Positions 29,317 through 37,963 of a DNA stretch of 64,000 bases are shown here, piece by piece. Every line of letters begins with the position of its first letter. Position 1 is the stretch's first letter. The translations under genes were made by a program, and so were the position numbers. This DNA is from an uncultured Chloroflexia bacterium (GTDB lineage: Bacteria > Chloroflexota > Anaerolineae > Anaerolineales > UBA11858): NCBI GenBank assembly GCA_963712165.1, contig CAVQGY010000003.1, forward strand, positions 16,749-80,748. The letters run 5' to 3'. The notes under the pieces were generated by a model. It saw only the letters and a program-made list of their open reading frames with translations. It had not been told where the DNA came from and made no database searches.

Positions 29317-30417
29317 TTAGAATACAAATTCTCCGTCCTGGTATACCAGGATGTCATCAACAGTGATCGTGGAGTCTTGGCGCATATCGCAGATCATATC
29401 CCAGTGGATGGCACTTTTATTGTGGCTTCCTGTTTCCGGGTATCCAGACCCCAAAGCTATGTGGATCGTGCCTCCTATCTTCTCATCAAAGAGGATATTA
29501 CCTGTGAATTGCTGAATGCTCGTGTTGGTCCCGACTGCGAATTCGCCTGCATACCGGGCGCCAGGATCTGTATCCAGCATCCTGAGCAGGTATTCTTCTT
29601 GTTCTTCCGCGGTGGCCCGGGTCACCGCGCCATCCTTGAACTCCAGCTCAACTCCCCGAACCATCACGCCAGAATGGATCGCCGGGTAGGTGTACCGCAC
29701 CCAGCCGTTGAGAGAATCTTCCACCGGGCCTGTAAAGATCTCTCCATCGGGCATATTACTGGTTCCATAGCAGTTGATAAATGTCCTGCCTTTCACGGAG
29801 AGCTCCAGATCGATATTCGGTCCCTTCAATTGAATCTGATCACCCCCGTTGAATAGAGCAAGAGCAGCATCCTGTTTGGTTTTGATCTGCTGCCATAAAC
29901 CGATCGGATCCCGCTGGTCCGCCAGACAGGCACTGTATACAAAATCCTGGAACTCCTCCAGGCTCATCCCTGCCTGGTCCGCATAAGCCTGGGTGGGGAA
30001 GAGGGTTGTGACCCACTTGAATTCATCTCTTGATCCTCGGTCCAGCTGGGCCTCGAGTATGGGAGACTTGCTTTGCTGGAGCAATACTTGTTTCTTGCCA
30101 GGAAATCCACTTAATTCTTGGGGGTTAGTGGAGGAATAGATCCGGAAACGGGATTCAAAATCCTGGTAAGCCTGATATCTGAGTTGGTCGACATGGGCAA
30201 TTTGCTCATCGGATCCCAGGTTAAGCAGCTCTCTCTCCTGTTCGGGAATCATCAGCAGAGGATAGGGATGCCCTCCTGCCGCAAGGATCTCCCGGTAGAG
30301 CGCCCGGACGAGAGGCTCGGCAGCGGTTGTGGCTTCGATGGCAACCCGGTCTCCTTTGACTATCCTGGCCGAATGGTTTACTAGGATCTTTGCGAGGTTT
30401 TCAATTCGGGGGTCCAT
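29317..30417 (-). CDS. aminopeptidase, peptidase M29 (AmpS/PepS-type)
   Basis: MDPRIENLAKILVNHSARIVKGDRV... with the C-terminal region NILFDEKIGGTIHIALG. Start placed at the internal ATG 30417. Confidence 0.8.
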   Translation of the reverse strand: MDPRIENLAKILVNHSARIVKGDRVAIEATTAAEPLVRALYREILAAGGHPYPLLMIPEQERELLNLGSDEQIAHVDQLRYQAYQDFESRFRIYSSTNPQELSGFPGKKQVLLQQSKSPILEAQLDRGSRDEFKWVTTLFPTQAYADQAGMSLEEFQDFVYSACLADQRDPIGLWQQIKTKQDAALALFNGGDQIQLKGPNIDLELSVKGRTFINCYGTSNMPDGEIFTGPVEDSLNGWVRYTYPAIHSGVMVRGVELEFKDGAVTRATAEEQEEYLLRMLDTDPGARYAGEFAVGTNTSIQQFTGNILFDEKIGGTIHIALGSGYPETGSHNKSAIHWDMICDMRQDSTITVDDILVYQDGEFVF

Positions 30418-30489
30418 GGGATCTCCTCTCTGGGCGGATTTCACTCACTCATTCTAGCATGAGAAGCTGGCTGATAGCAGTGATTTTCA

Positions 30490-31845
30490 TCAGGCAGTTA
30501 TCAAGGTATGAATCCAGCGCCCTTTCACAAAGCGGATCAATCCCAGGGATACCTTGACGACCTCTTCAGTCATCACCATCAGATATACCCAGTGGATCGG
30601 CAGGTGAAATACAAAGGCTCCCAAATAGGCTATCGGTACACCGATTACCCAGATCACGCCGGCATCAATGAAGAATGCGTAGATGGTATCCCCTCCGCTT
30701 CGCAGTATCCCTATCAACAGGATCAGGTTCATGGATCTTATAGGTAGAGATAAGATCATCACCAGGAGGATATTCCTTGCTAGTAAGGAGGTGTCTGCTG
30801 TCACACCAAAAAAGGATAGAAGGGGGTTCTTCACTAATAACATGGTCAGGCCGAGCACCAGGGCCGAGATAATGCCAAGCAGGATGAATTTCTTGCCAAA
30901 ACTGTTGGCAGTATCCTTTTGACCTTCTCCGATCTTCTTACCTATCATAATTGCGCAAGCATTGCCCAAGCCGATAAAAACCACATATACCAGCCGATCC
31001 AGGGAGAGGGCAATATTATAAGCTGCGATTGCCTCTGTGCTGATATGCGCATAAACGACACTATAGGTGGTTGTGCCTAAGGACCAGATGATCTCAGTGA
31101 TTATGACTGGCAGGGTGGTCCGAAAGAATTTTCCTAACTGGATCTTGTCCCATTTGAAAAGAATGGCTGGCTTGGCAGCCAGAGGTAGTTTTTTCCGATA
31201 GATGAGGAACAGCATCAAACAAGCTTCAAAGAAGCGGGCAATAACAGTTGCCAGAGCGGCTCCTTCCACGCCGAGTTCTGGCATCCCAAAGTTCCCGAAG
31301 ATCAAACCGTAGTTGAGCAGGGTATTCAGGCTGAGTGCAAATATACTGACCGCCATTGGCAGTCTTACATTTTCAATGCTGCGCAGAAGAACTGAAAAGC
31401 TGTAGGTGATTGCGGTTAACAAATAGCTTATCCCGATGATCTGCAGATATTCTCCCCCGAGGTTGATTACATCTGGGTCCGCGGAGTAGATCCGAATCAC
31501 TCCTTCGGGATAGGCAATTGCAACCAGAGAGAATATACCTCCCCCGACCAGACTCAACACCAGGGTTAGTCCTAAGACTTGCTGAATGCGGGGGATATCT
31601 TTTTGTCCCCAATATTGGGCAGTAAAGATGGCAGATCCGCTGGTGATACCAAAGAGAAGAAGATTGACCAGAAAAAAAATCTGGTTAGCGACGCCAACTG
31701 CGGCAACGGAAGCGTCTCCGAGCTGCCCAAGCATTATAGTATCTATCATGCCCAATGATGAGAATATGAACTGCTGCAGCATGATAGGACTGGCCAGGCG
31801 CAGCATCTGAGAGAAGAACTTCCTGTCTGAGAATAATAAGTTCAT
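30490..31845 (-). CDS. MATE-family efflux transporter
   Basis: 451 aa, about 12 hydrophobic segments, with a typical MATE N-terminus (LRLASPIMLQQFIFSSLGMIDTIMLGQLG). Confidence 0.85.
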   Translation of the reverse strand: MNLLFSDRKFFSQMLRLASPIMLQQFIFSSLGMIDTIMLGQLGDASVAAVGVANQIFFLVNLLLFGITSGSAIFTAQYWGQKDIPRIQQVLGLTLVLSLVGGGIFSLVAIAYPEGVIRIYSADPDVINLGGEYLQIIGISYLLTAITYSFSVLLRSIENVRLPMAVSIFALSLNTLLNYGLIFGNFGMPELGVEGAALATVIARFFEACLMLFLIYRKKLPLAAKPAILFKWDKIQLGKFFRTTLPVIITEIIWSLGTTTYSVVYAHISTEAIAAYNIALSLDRLVYVVFIGLGNACAIMIGKKIGEGQKDTANSFGKKFILLGIISALVLGLTMLLVKNPLLSFFGVTADTSLLARNILLVMILSLPIRSMNLILLIGILRSGGDTIYAFFIDAGVIWVIGVPIAYLGAFVFHLPIHWVYLMVMTEEVVKVSLGLIRFVKGRWIHTLITA

Positions 31846-31965
31846 GAAAGATTTCTCGGGTTACCAGGGTATATCTGTGCAATTTGCTTATTATACAAGC
31901 TTATCCATTTCTAAAGGGCAGATTGGTGGGTGTTTAATAAAAAATCCAGTCCATGTTCCCCTGAC

Positions 31966-31994
31966 TTGGCAGGACCATAGAGCCGGATTATAAT
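31966..31994 (+). promoter_or_regulatory. near-consensus promoter abutting the sortase start codon (TTGGCA - 17 nt - TATAAT)
   Basis: TTGGCA at 31966-31971, 17-nt spacer, TATAAT at 31989-31994. The ATG at 32001 is 6 nt after the -10 element, so the predicted +1 is the A of the ATG. Confidence 0.55.
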
Positions 31995-32000
31995 TTTTAG

Positions 32001-32912
32001 ATGGCAAGGAAGAGGGATCCCAGGGAGTTAAGCGTCCATGAACTCAGGCGGCTGCTTATAGAAAAGCAGCGGGCTGGACGGCATGATCGCATCGAGCGCT
32101 ATCGGGAAACGGGCCGGGTAGTACGCCTGGTTTCAGATGAAGAAGAAACCACCTGGGAAGATCTGCGAACATCTTCACCCCCGGGGGAAGGGCTACCCAC
32201 TCCAGAAGAAGAAACCAAATCGCGTAATAAGAAAGTAATGGATGGCTTCTTATTGGCAGTGGAAATTCTGGCTGTGTTAGGATTGGTCTTTGTACTTTTT
32301 AATGGCATGGACATCCTCCAGCAGCTGAACCGCGAAGTCGCTCTGGCGCTGGAGCAACCGACTCTCTCACCGACACCCCTCATCAAAGCGGTTGTACTTC
32401 CCGGAGGCCATACACCGCCAAACTCTCCAGGAGGCAGTCGCCCAAATATTGAAGAGATCCCTTCTCATTTGCGGCCGGTCGTCCAGTCCTACTGGGAGAT
32501 ACCATTGCCTACACCAGGGCCGAATCATGCCATACGGCTGCAGATCCCAAAGATCAATAAAGATGTGCCAGTTGTTGAAGGAGACGGTCCAGAACAGCTT
32601 AAAAAAGGTGTTGGTCATTATATTTACTCGGCCAACCCTGGTGAAGATGGAAATGTCGTTTTATCAGCCCACAATGATATCCATGGGGAGATCTTCCGGG
32701 ACTTGGATCAGCTGGAGGAAGGGGATTTGATAATCTTATTCTCAGCCCGGCAGAGCTATACCTATGTGGTGCAGGAAGTCTTGATTGTTGAGCCGACCCA
32801 GGTGGAGTATCTAGAGTCTAAAGGCGATGCGGTCACTACCTTGATCTCATGCTATCCTTATCTGGTGGATAATAAACGGATAGTGGTGATAGCGAACCTA
32901 ATTGAAGATTGA
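32001..32912 (+). CDS. sortase-family transpeptidase (class E-like) with N-terminal cytoplasmic tail and TM anchor
   Basis: 303 aa. His region VLSAHND, catalytic-Cys motif TLISCYPY, and TM segment FLLAVEILAVLGLVFVLF. Confidence 0.8.
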   Translation: MARKRDPRELSVHELRRLLIEKQRAGRHDRIERYRETGRVVRLVSDEEETTWEDLRTSSPPGEGLPTPEEETKSRNKKVMDGFLLAVEILAVLGLVFVLFNGMDILQQLNREVALALEQPTLSPTPLIKAVVLPGGHTPPNSPGGSRPNIEEIPSHLRPVVQSYWEIPLPTPGPNHAIRLQIPKINKDVPVVEGDGPEQLKKGVGHYIYSANPGEDGNVVLSAHNDIHGEIFRDLDQLEEGDLIILFSARQSYTYVVQEVLIVEPTQVEYLESKGDAVTTLISCYPYLVDNKRIVVIANLIED

Positions 32913-32984
32913 AGTGTTTAATAGAGGGATAACAGTTAATTCTAAGAGAGCTTCTATTGGCTCATACGAAGGGGTGGATCATTC

Positions 32985-34178
32985 ATGACAACAGATTCTG
33001 GACAATCTCCGTTCTGGACCACCACGACCAAAATGATTGTCGGGCTGACATTGATGGCTATTTTTGCGGGGGTCTTCATCTATTTCCGCTCGATCTTCTC
33101 TTTGATGATCCTGGCGTTTATCATCACATACTTATTGCAACCCGTTGTCAATTGGCTGACAGAGAAGACCCGCATGTCCTGGGTGCTCAGCACAACTCTG
33201 GTATTCCTTCTATTGGTTATCATGCTTATAGGATTGTTGACCGGGGCTGGGTTGGCCATTGGCCAGCAGCTGTCCGGGTTGGTACGGGTCGTTCAGGAGT
33301 TCGCCAATGACCTTCCAGATCTGGCAAACAACCTGACGGATTTTCTGGCTCGATATGGATCAGTCAATGAGTTGATTGATTTGAACGATCTTGCGAATCG
33401 GCTGCTCGAAGCTTTGCAGCCTTTGCTGGGACAGGCAGGCTCACTGGTAGGATCGATAGCGACAGGTGCTGCAGCCAGTATTGGCAAGATCTTCTTTGTT
33501 TTGTTCGTAGCCTATTTTATCCTTTCTGAATCCCGCCGAGTGGGGGAAATCCAGATCCAAATTCCCCAATACGATTACGATATCAAACGCATGTCGCGCC
33601 AGATGCGGATCATCTGGGATTCTTTTTTCCGAGGCCAGATCATCATATTTATGATGGTTTTTGTGGTCTACTCCTTTGTCTTATCTGCCCTGGGTGTGCG
33701 CTATTCGATTGGGCTGGCAGCCTTAACCGGGCTGGCTATTTTCATCCCATATGTGGGATTGTGGACAGCATCCATTATCATGATGGTGGTGACTTTTTTC
33801 CAGGCTTCTAACTATTTCGGACTGCTTCCCTGGCAGTATTCCATTCTGGTATTGGCGATTGTCCTGATCATTAATTTCATTTTTGATAATTACATCTCAC
33901 CCCGTTTCTTGGGACGAACCCTGGATATTCACCCGGCAGCAGTGGTGGTTGCAGCCTTACTCATGGCCAATGTATTTGGCTTGGTGGGAATTTTCCTGGC
34001 AGCCCCAATCGTTGCCACAGTCAAGACGATTGGCCTGTACGTATTCAGGAAATTATTTGATCAGGATCCCTGGCCAGCAAAAGAATTAGAGTCAACGCCG
34101 GTCGAATTTCCCTGGTTGCGGTGGTCAAGACAGCTGAGGAATTGGTTGGGGAATTTCAGAGAAAAGAAAAAAAAGTGA
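32985..34178 (+). CDS. AI-2E family transporter (PerM-like permease)
   Basis: 397 aa polytopic membrane protein with family-typical regions (FIPYVGLW, DNYISPRFLG). Confidence 0.8.
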   Translation: MTTDSGQSPFWTTTTKMIVGLTLMAIFAGVFIYFRSIFSLMILAFIITYLLQPVVNWLTEKTRMSWVLSTTLVFLLLVIMLIGLLTGAGLAIGQQLSGLVRVVQEFANDLPDLANNLTDFLARYGSVNELIDLNDLANRLLEALQPLLGQAGSLVGSIATGAAASIGKIFFVLFVAYFILSESRRVGEIQIQIPQYDYDIKRMSRQMRIIWDSFFRGQIIIFMMVFVVYSFVLSALGVRYSIGLAALTGLAIFIPYVGLWTASIIMMVVTFFQASNYFGLLPWQYSILVLAIVLIINFIFDNYISPRFLGRTLDIHPAAVVVAALLMANVFGLVGIFLAAPIVATVKTIGLYVFRKLFDQDPWPAKELESTPVEFPWLRWSRQLRNWLGNFREKKKK

Positions 34179-34231
34179 TTCCAGGAACAAAAAAACTGCT
34201 GAACAACTCAGCAGTTTTTTTGTTCCTGGAA
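34179..34231. terminator. long perfect hairpin, bidirectional terminator between the transporter gene and dnaA
   Basis: TTCCAGGAACAAAAAAACTGCTGA / ACAAC / TCAGCAGTTTTTTTGTTCCTGGAA: 24-bp perfect arms with internal A/T runs. Confidence 0.8.
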
Positions 34232-34240
34232 TGGGGAGGA

Positions 34241-35602
34241 TCACATAGCAACGTTTGCGGGAGAATAGAGAATTTCCTGGATATTGACAAGTTTCCTGCG
34301 AAGATTTTTATCACGCTCCAGCAGATCTGTGATCTTCTCGTGACCGTACATAACAGTCGTGTGATCCCTCCCACCTAGCATTTCGCCGATTTTTGGGAGG
34401 GATAATTCACTTTCTTCCCTGAGCATGTACATGGCAATCTGGCGAGGGAAGGCAACCCTCTGGCTCCTGCTTTGGCTGAGCAGCTCATCCAGGGTAATGC
34501 CATATTCACGGGCGATGGTCGTTAATATATGCACAGGCTCGATTTCGCGAGGCTCAGGCATCAGATCGGCCAACGCATAGTCAACCAGTTTCTCATCGAG
34601 GACCATTCCCCTTAGATCGGCATAAGCCATGATCCGGGTCATAGCTCCTTCCAGTTCGCGGATATTTGTCTGGAAACGCTGAGCGATATCTTCCATCATT
34701 CCATCTGGCATGGAAAAGCCCAATCGGTCTGCCTTGGATTGTAGAATAGCGACTCGGGTCTCAAAATCAGGGGGCTGAATATCTGCTGCCAAACCCCATT
34801 CAAAGCGATTACGGAGTCGCGCTTCCAGCGTTACCATAGCCTTGGGGGGCCGGTCCGAAGTCATCACGATCTGCTTGTTTTGACCGTGGAGTGTGTTAAA
34901 GGTGTGGAAGAACTCTTCCTGGGTGGATTCTTTTCCAGCGATGAACTGAATATCATCGATCAATAACACATCAATCCGGCGGTATTTGGCCCGAAATGCT
35001 TGGGTAGTATGGCTGCGAATGGCAGTGATCAGGTCATTAGTGAATTCTTCAGATGAAACATAGAGGATTTCCAGACCCTGTGCCTGGCTGAAATTACCGA
35101 TAGCATGTAGAAGGTGGGTTTTGCCCAGCCCCACACCACCATAGAGGAAAAGTGGGTTATAGGTTTGAGCCGGCTTTTCAGCCACTGCCAGGGAAGCCGC
35201 ATGAGCAAGGCGGTTGCTTTGACCAACGACAAAATTATTGAAGTTGTAGCGGAAATTGATTGAAACGCGCTGGGGTGGATGTTTATCCAAACGAGTGACT
35301 GAGGGAGAGGTATCACTCGTGAAATCCGGTTCTTCAGGCTTGATGGATGGAGTATGCCCGTTATTAACAACGAAATGGACATCTATCTTGCGGTTTAATG
35401 TTCCAGTTAGCAGCTTGATGATGGTGCTTTTTAAACGGCTGTCCAACCAGTCTCTGGCATAAGCGTTATGAACACCAATCTTGAACTCACCATCCGAGGC
35501 TGAGATCAATTGTGCATCTCGAACCCAGGTATCATAAGCGGCTTTGGGCATCTCCAGCTGAAGTTGACCCAGTGCCGCTTGCCAAGCATGCTTTCCTTCC
35601 AT
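34241..35602 (-). CDS. dnaA: chromosomal replication initiator protein DnaA
   Basis: 453 aa. Walker A GGVGLGKTHLLHAIG, LLIDDIQF, and the C-terminal DNA-binding region GGRDHTTVMYGHEKI. GAGGAGG SD. Confidence 0.97.
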   Translation of the reverse strand: MEGKHAWQAALGQLQLEMPKAAYDTWVRDAQLISASDGEFKIGVHNAYARDWLDSRLKSTIIKLLTGTLNRKIDVHFVVNNGHTPSIKPEEPDFTSDTSPSVTRLDKHPPQRVSINFRYNFNNFVVGQSNRLAHAASLAVAEKPAQTYNPLFLYGGVGLGKTHLLHAIGNFSQAQGLEILYVSSEEFTNDLITAIRSHTTQAFRAKYRRIDVLLIDDIQFIAGKESTQEEFFHTFNTLHGQNKQIVMTSDRPPKAMVTLEARLRNRFEWGLAADIQPPDFETRVAILQSKADRLGFSMPDGMMEDIAQRFQTNIRELEGAMTRIMAYADLRGMVLDEKLVDYALADLMPEPREIEPVHILTTIAREYGITLDELLSQSRSQRVAFPRQIAMYMLREESELSLPKIGEMLGGRDHTTVMYGHEKITDLLERDKNLRRKLVNIQEILYSPANVAM

Positions 35603-36158
35603 TAACCATTCCTCCTCACCTCTTCCTTTACGGATGAGAACAGATCTCTCCGGATTCTCCCTTTCCGGAAAAACTCACCCCGAGCACTTCAAGGATGTTA
35701 TGCTGTTGGAAATTTACCAAATTGTAGGGAACGCTTCAAGGATAATTCTATCTGATGTGGTATCCCTATACAATCCATCGCTCTAAAAAAAATCGATTTA
35801 TTAAGGTTGTGAACCTTAAGGAATTTCGTCGTTTTTGGGAAATATCCACGGACCTTATCAATGAGGTTTTTTCCTAGGATTTGGGTACACGTTGATTGCA
35901 GACCCCTACAGATGGGGGTTTTAATTGTAAGGAAAGATTGAATCTTAAAATATTTAAATCACAATTATTTTCTTTCTGGTTTTCTTTTATCCATCTAGTT
36001 GTATATTAGCTCTCAAATGCCCATCCCTGAATTTTTTAAGGTTTGGTTTTATTGCCTTTTTTGAGTAAAAACCTTGTCATTTGATATCTTATGAGGGAGT
36101 TTCCGCCTTAATAGCTCCTTACACTTCAGAGGAGTAACTCTATGTTAGAATGTGAGTC
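35603..36158. other. 556-bp A/T-rich intergenic region upstream of dnaA; candidate oriC/dnaA control region
   Basis: It is the longest gap in the window. There is an A/T-rich block at about 35935-36010. Only imperfect DnaA-box-like 9-mers are present (ATATCCACG 35842-35850, TTATCCATC 35987-35995). A perfect palindrome TTAAGGTT-GTG-AACCTTAA lies at 35801-35819. Confidence 0.35.
35745..35773 (-). promoter_or_regulatory. candidate dnaA promoter (TTGTAT - 17 nt - TAGAAT on the minus strand)
   Basis: Reverse complement of 35768-35773 is TTGTAT and of 35745-35750 is TAGAAT, with a 17-nt spacer. This implies a leader of about 135 nt. Confidence 0.4.
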
Positions 36159-36557
36159 ATGGAAGACAAACGATCACCCTCGTTCATCACTGTACTTCCC
36201 CTGGCACTGATCCTGGCCATACCTGGGTGGTTCGGATTGATCTACCTGATGACAAGTACCATCCCAGACCTGGGTAATCGCTGGTTGTTCTATATATCCC
36301 TGGTATGTGCCATCACCGGAACAGCCGTTCCTATTGTAGCCTATCTCAACAGGGTCGCCGCTCCATTTGGACCGGTAACATTCGATATTATTGTCAGGGA
36401 ATCACTCCTGGTTGGGATCTACACGGGCGTGTTATTGTGGCTCAATAAAGGTCAAGTGTTGAGTTTTGGACTGGCGCTGATCCTGGCTATTGGATTGATA
36501 TTGGTTGAGCTGCTTCTTCGTTTCAGATACCGCAGTGAATGGCATCCGGATGCTTGA
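36159..36557 (+). CDS. hypothetical small membrane protein (about 4 TM segments)
   Basis: 132-aa ORF, strongly hydrophobic. The extended -10 element TGTTAGAAT (36144-36151) ends 7 nt before the ATG and there is no SD. Confidence 0.5.
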   Translation: MEDKRSPSFITVLPLALILAIPGWFGLIYLMTSTIPDLGNRWLFYISLVCAITGTAVPIVAYLNRVAAPFGPVTFDIIVRESLLVGIYTGVLLWLNKGQVLSFGLALILAIGLILVELLLRFRYRSEWHPDA

Positions 36558-36598
36558 TTCGACCGGATCCTTTTCTACTCTGCTAGGACGAGATAGAA

Positions 36599-37963
36599 AT
36601 GACTGATTTAAGTCAACTCCCTTCCGTTGATCAGATCATGAACTCACCTCATGGTAAATCCCTTGAGGACCAATACGGTCGTCAGCCGACCGTCCAGGCT
36701 GTCCGCATAATATTAGATCAGATCCGGCAATCCTCCTTGCAGAGTGGGTCCACGATTCCAGGACAGGAAGAGATCATTCAACGGATCGGGGGTTACCTGG
36801 ACTCGGCTCTTAAACCTACTCTTCTCCCGGTGATCAATGCATCCGGCGTGATCATCCACACGAATCTTGGCAGAGCACCGCTTAGCAGAGCAGCCCAGGC
36901 TGCAGCCAAGGAAGTTGGAGGTGGGTATTCCACACTGGAATTTGACCTCGACACTGGAGGAAGGGGATCCAGATCGGTCCACGCTGAATCCCAATTTAAA
37001 CAGCTGCTGGGAGTGGAAGCTGGCCTGGTCGTGAATAATAATGCCTCGGCCATTCTGCTTGCTTTAACTGTGCTCACCCGCGGCCGAAAGGTGATCATCA
37101 GCCGATCCCAGCTGGTTGAAATTGGTGGGGGATTCAGAATCCCGGAAGTGCTCCGTCACTCCGGGACCGAACTGGTTGAGGTGGGTACTACAAATAAGGT
37201 TCACCTGTTTGATTTTGAAGACGCTTACAGCCCGGAAACCGTTGCCGTGATGCGTGCCCATACCTCAAATTATTCAATTGTGGGATTTACCAGCGAACCT
37301 GATTTGGCGGATATCGTGAACAGTGCCCACCAAGCTGGTTTGATGTTCATTGATGACCTGGGGTCTGGGGCTCTTCTGGATACCAGTCCGTTTGGATTGA
37401 AGCATGAGCCGATGGTTCAGGAATCACTGGCAGCTGGTGCAGACCTGGTATGTTTTTCCGGAGACAAATTACTGGGAGGACCACAAGCAGGGATCATCCT
37501 GGGTAAAAAGGATTTGATTGACCGCTTGAAAGTCCACCCTCTGGCCAGGGCAATCCGGGTTGATAAGATGGCCCTGGCAGCACTGTCAGCGACATTGGAG
37601 CACTATATAAAAGAAGAAGCCCTGCAATATGTGCCGGTTTGGAGGATGATCTCCTTTCCGGTGGATGAGATCCGGAGCAGGGCTGAAAGGTGGCAAAAAG
37701 CTCTCAAACAAGGAAAGATCATCGAGTCCATGTCCATGGTGGGAGGCGGGTCGTTACCAGGAGAAACGCTGCCCACCTGGGCTTTAGCCCTGGAGGTGGA
37801 TCATCCCAATCAATTCCTTGATCTTCTGCGCCAGCATACACCACCCCTGATCGGACGGGTGGAGAATGACACTATATTATTCGATCCTCGAACGGTAGAT
37901 CCCGAGTTTGATGAACTCGTTATTGATATCCTTAAACAGACCTGGAGTTACTATGAAAACTGA
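36599..37963 (+). CDS. selA: L-seryl-tRNA(Sec) selenium transferase
   Basis: 454 aa, colinear with E. coli SelA as I recall it. Shared stretches: HTNLGRA, VNNNA, VSRxxLVEIGGxFRIPxV, HTSNYxIxGFT, FSGDKLLGGPQAGII. Confidence 0.92.
   Translation: MTDLSQLPSVDQIMNSPHGKSLEDQYGRQPTVQAVRIILDQIRQSSLQSGSTIPGQEEIIQRIGGYLDSALKPTLLPVINASGVIIHTNLGRAPLSRAAQAAAKEVGGGYSTLEFDLDTGGRGSRSVHAESQFKQLLGVEAGLVVNNNASAILLALTVLTRGRKVIISRSQLVEIGGGFRIPEVLRHSGTELVEVGTTNKVHLFDFEDAYSPETVAVMRAHTSNYSIVGFTSEPDLADIVNSAHQAGLMFIDDLGSGALLDTSPFGLKHEPMVQESLAAGADLVCFSGDKLLGGPQAGIILGKKDLIDRLKVHPLARAIRVDKMALAALSATLEHYIKEEALQYVPVWRMISFPVDEIRSRAERWQKALKQGKIIESMSMVGGGSLPGETLPTWALALEVDHPNQFLDLLRQHTPPLIGRVENDTILFDPRTVDPEFDELVIDILKQTWSYYEN

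Noticed and set aside
35756-35764. TGTGGTATC as a DnaA box in the dnaA promoter spacer
   Set aside because: It has four mismatches to TGTGGATAA, which is not better than chance.
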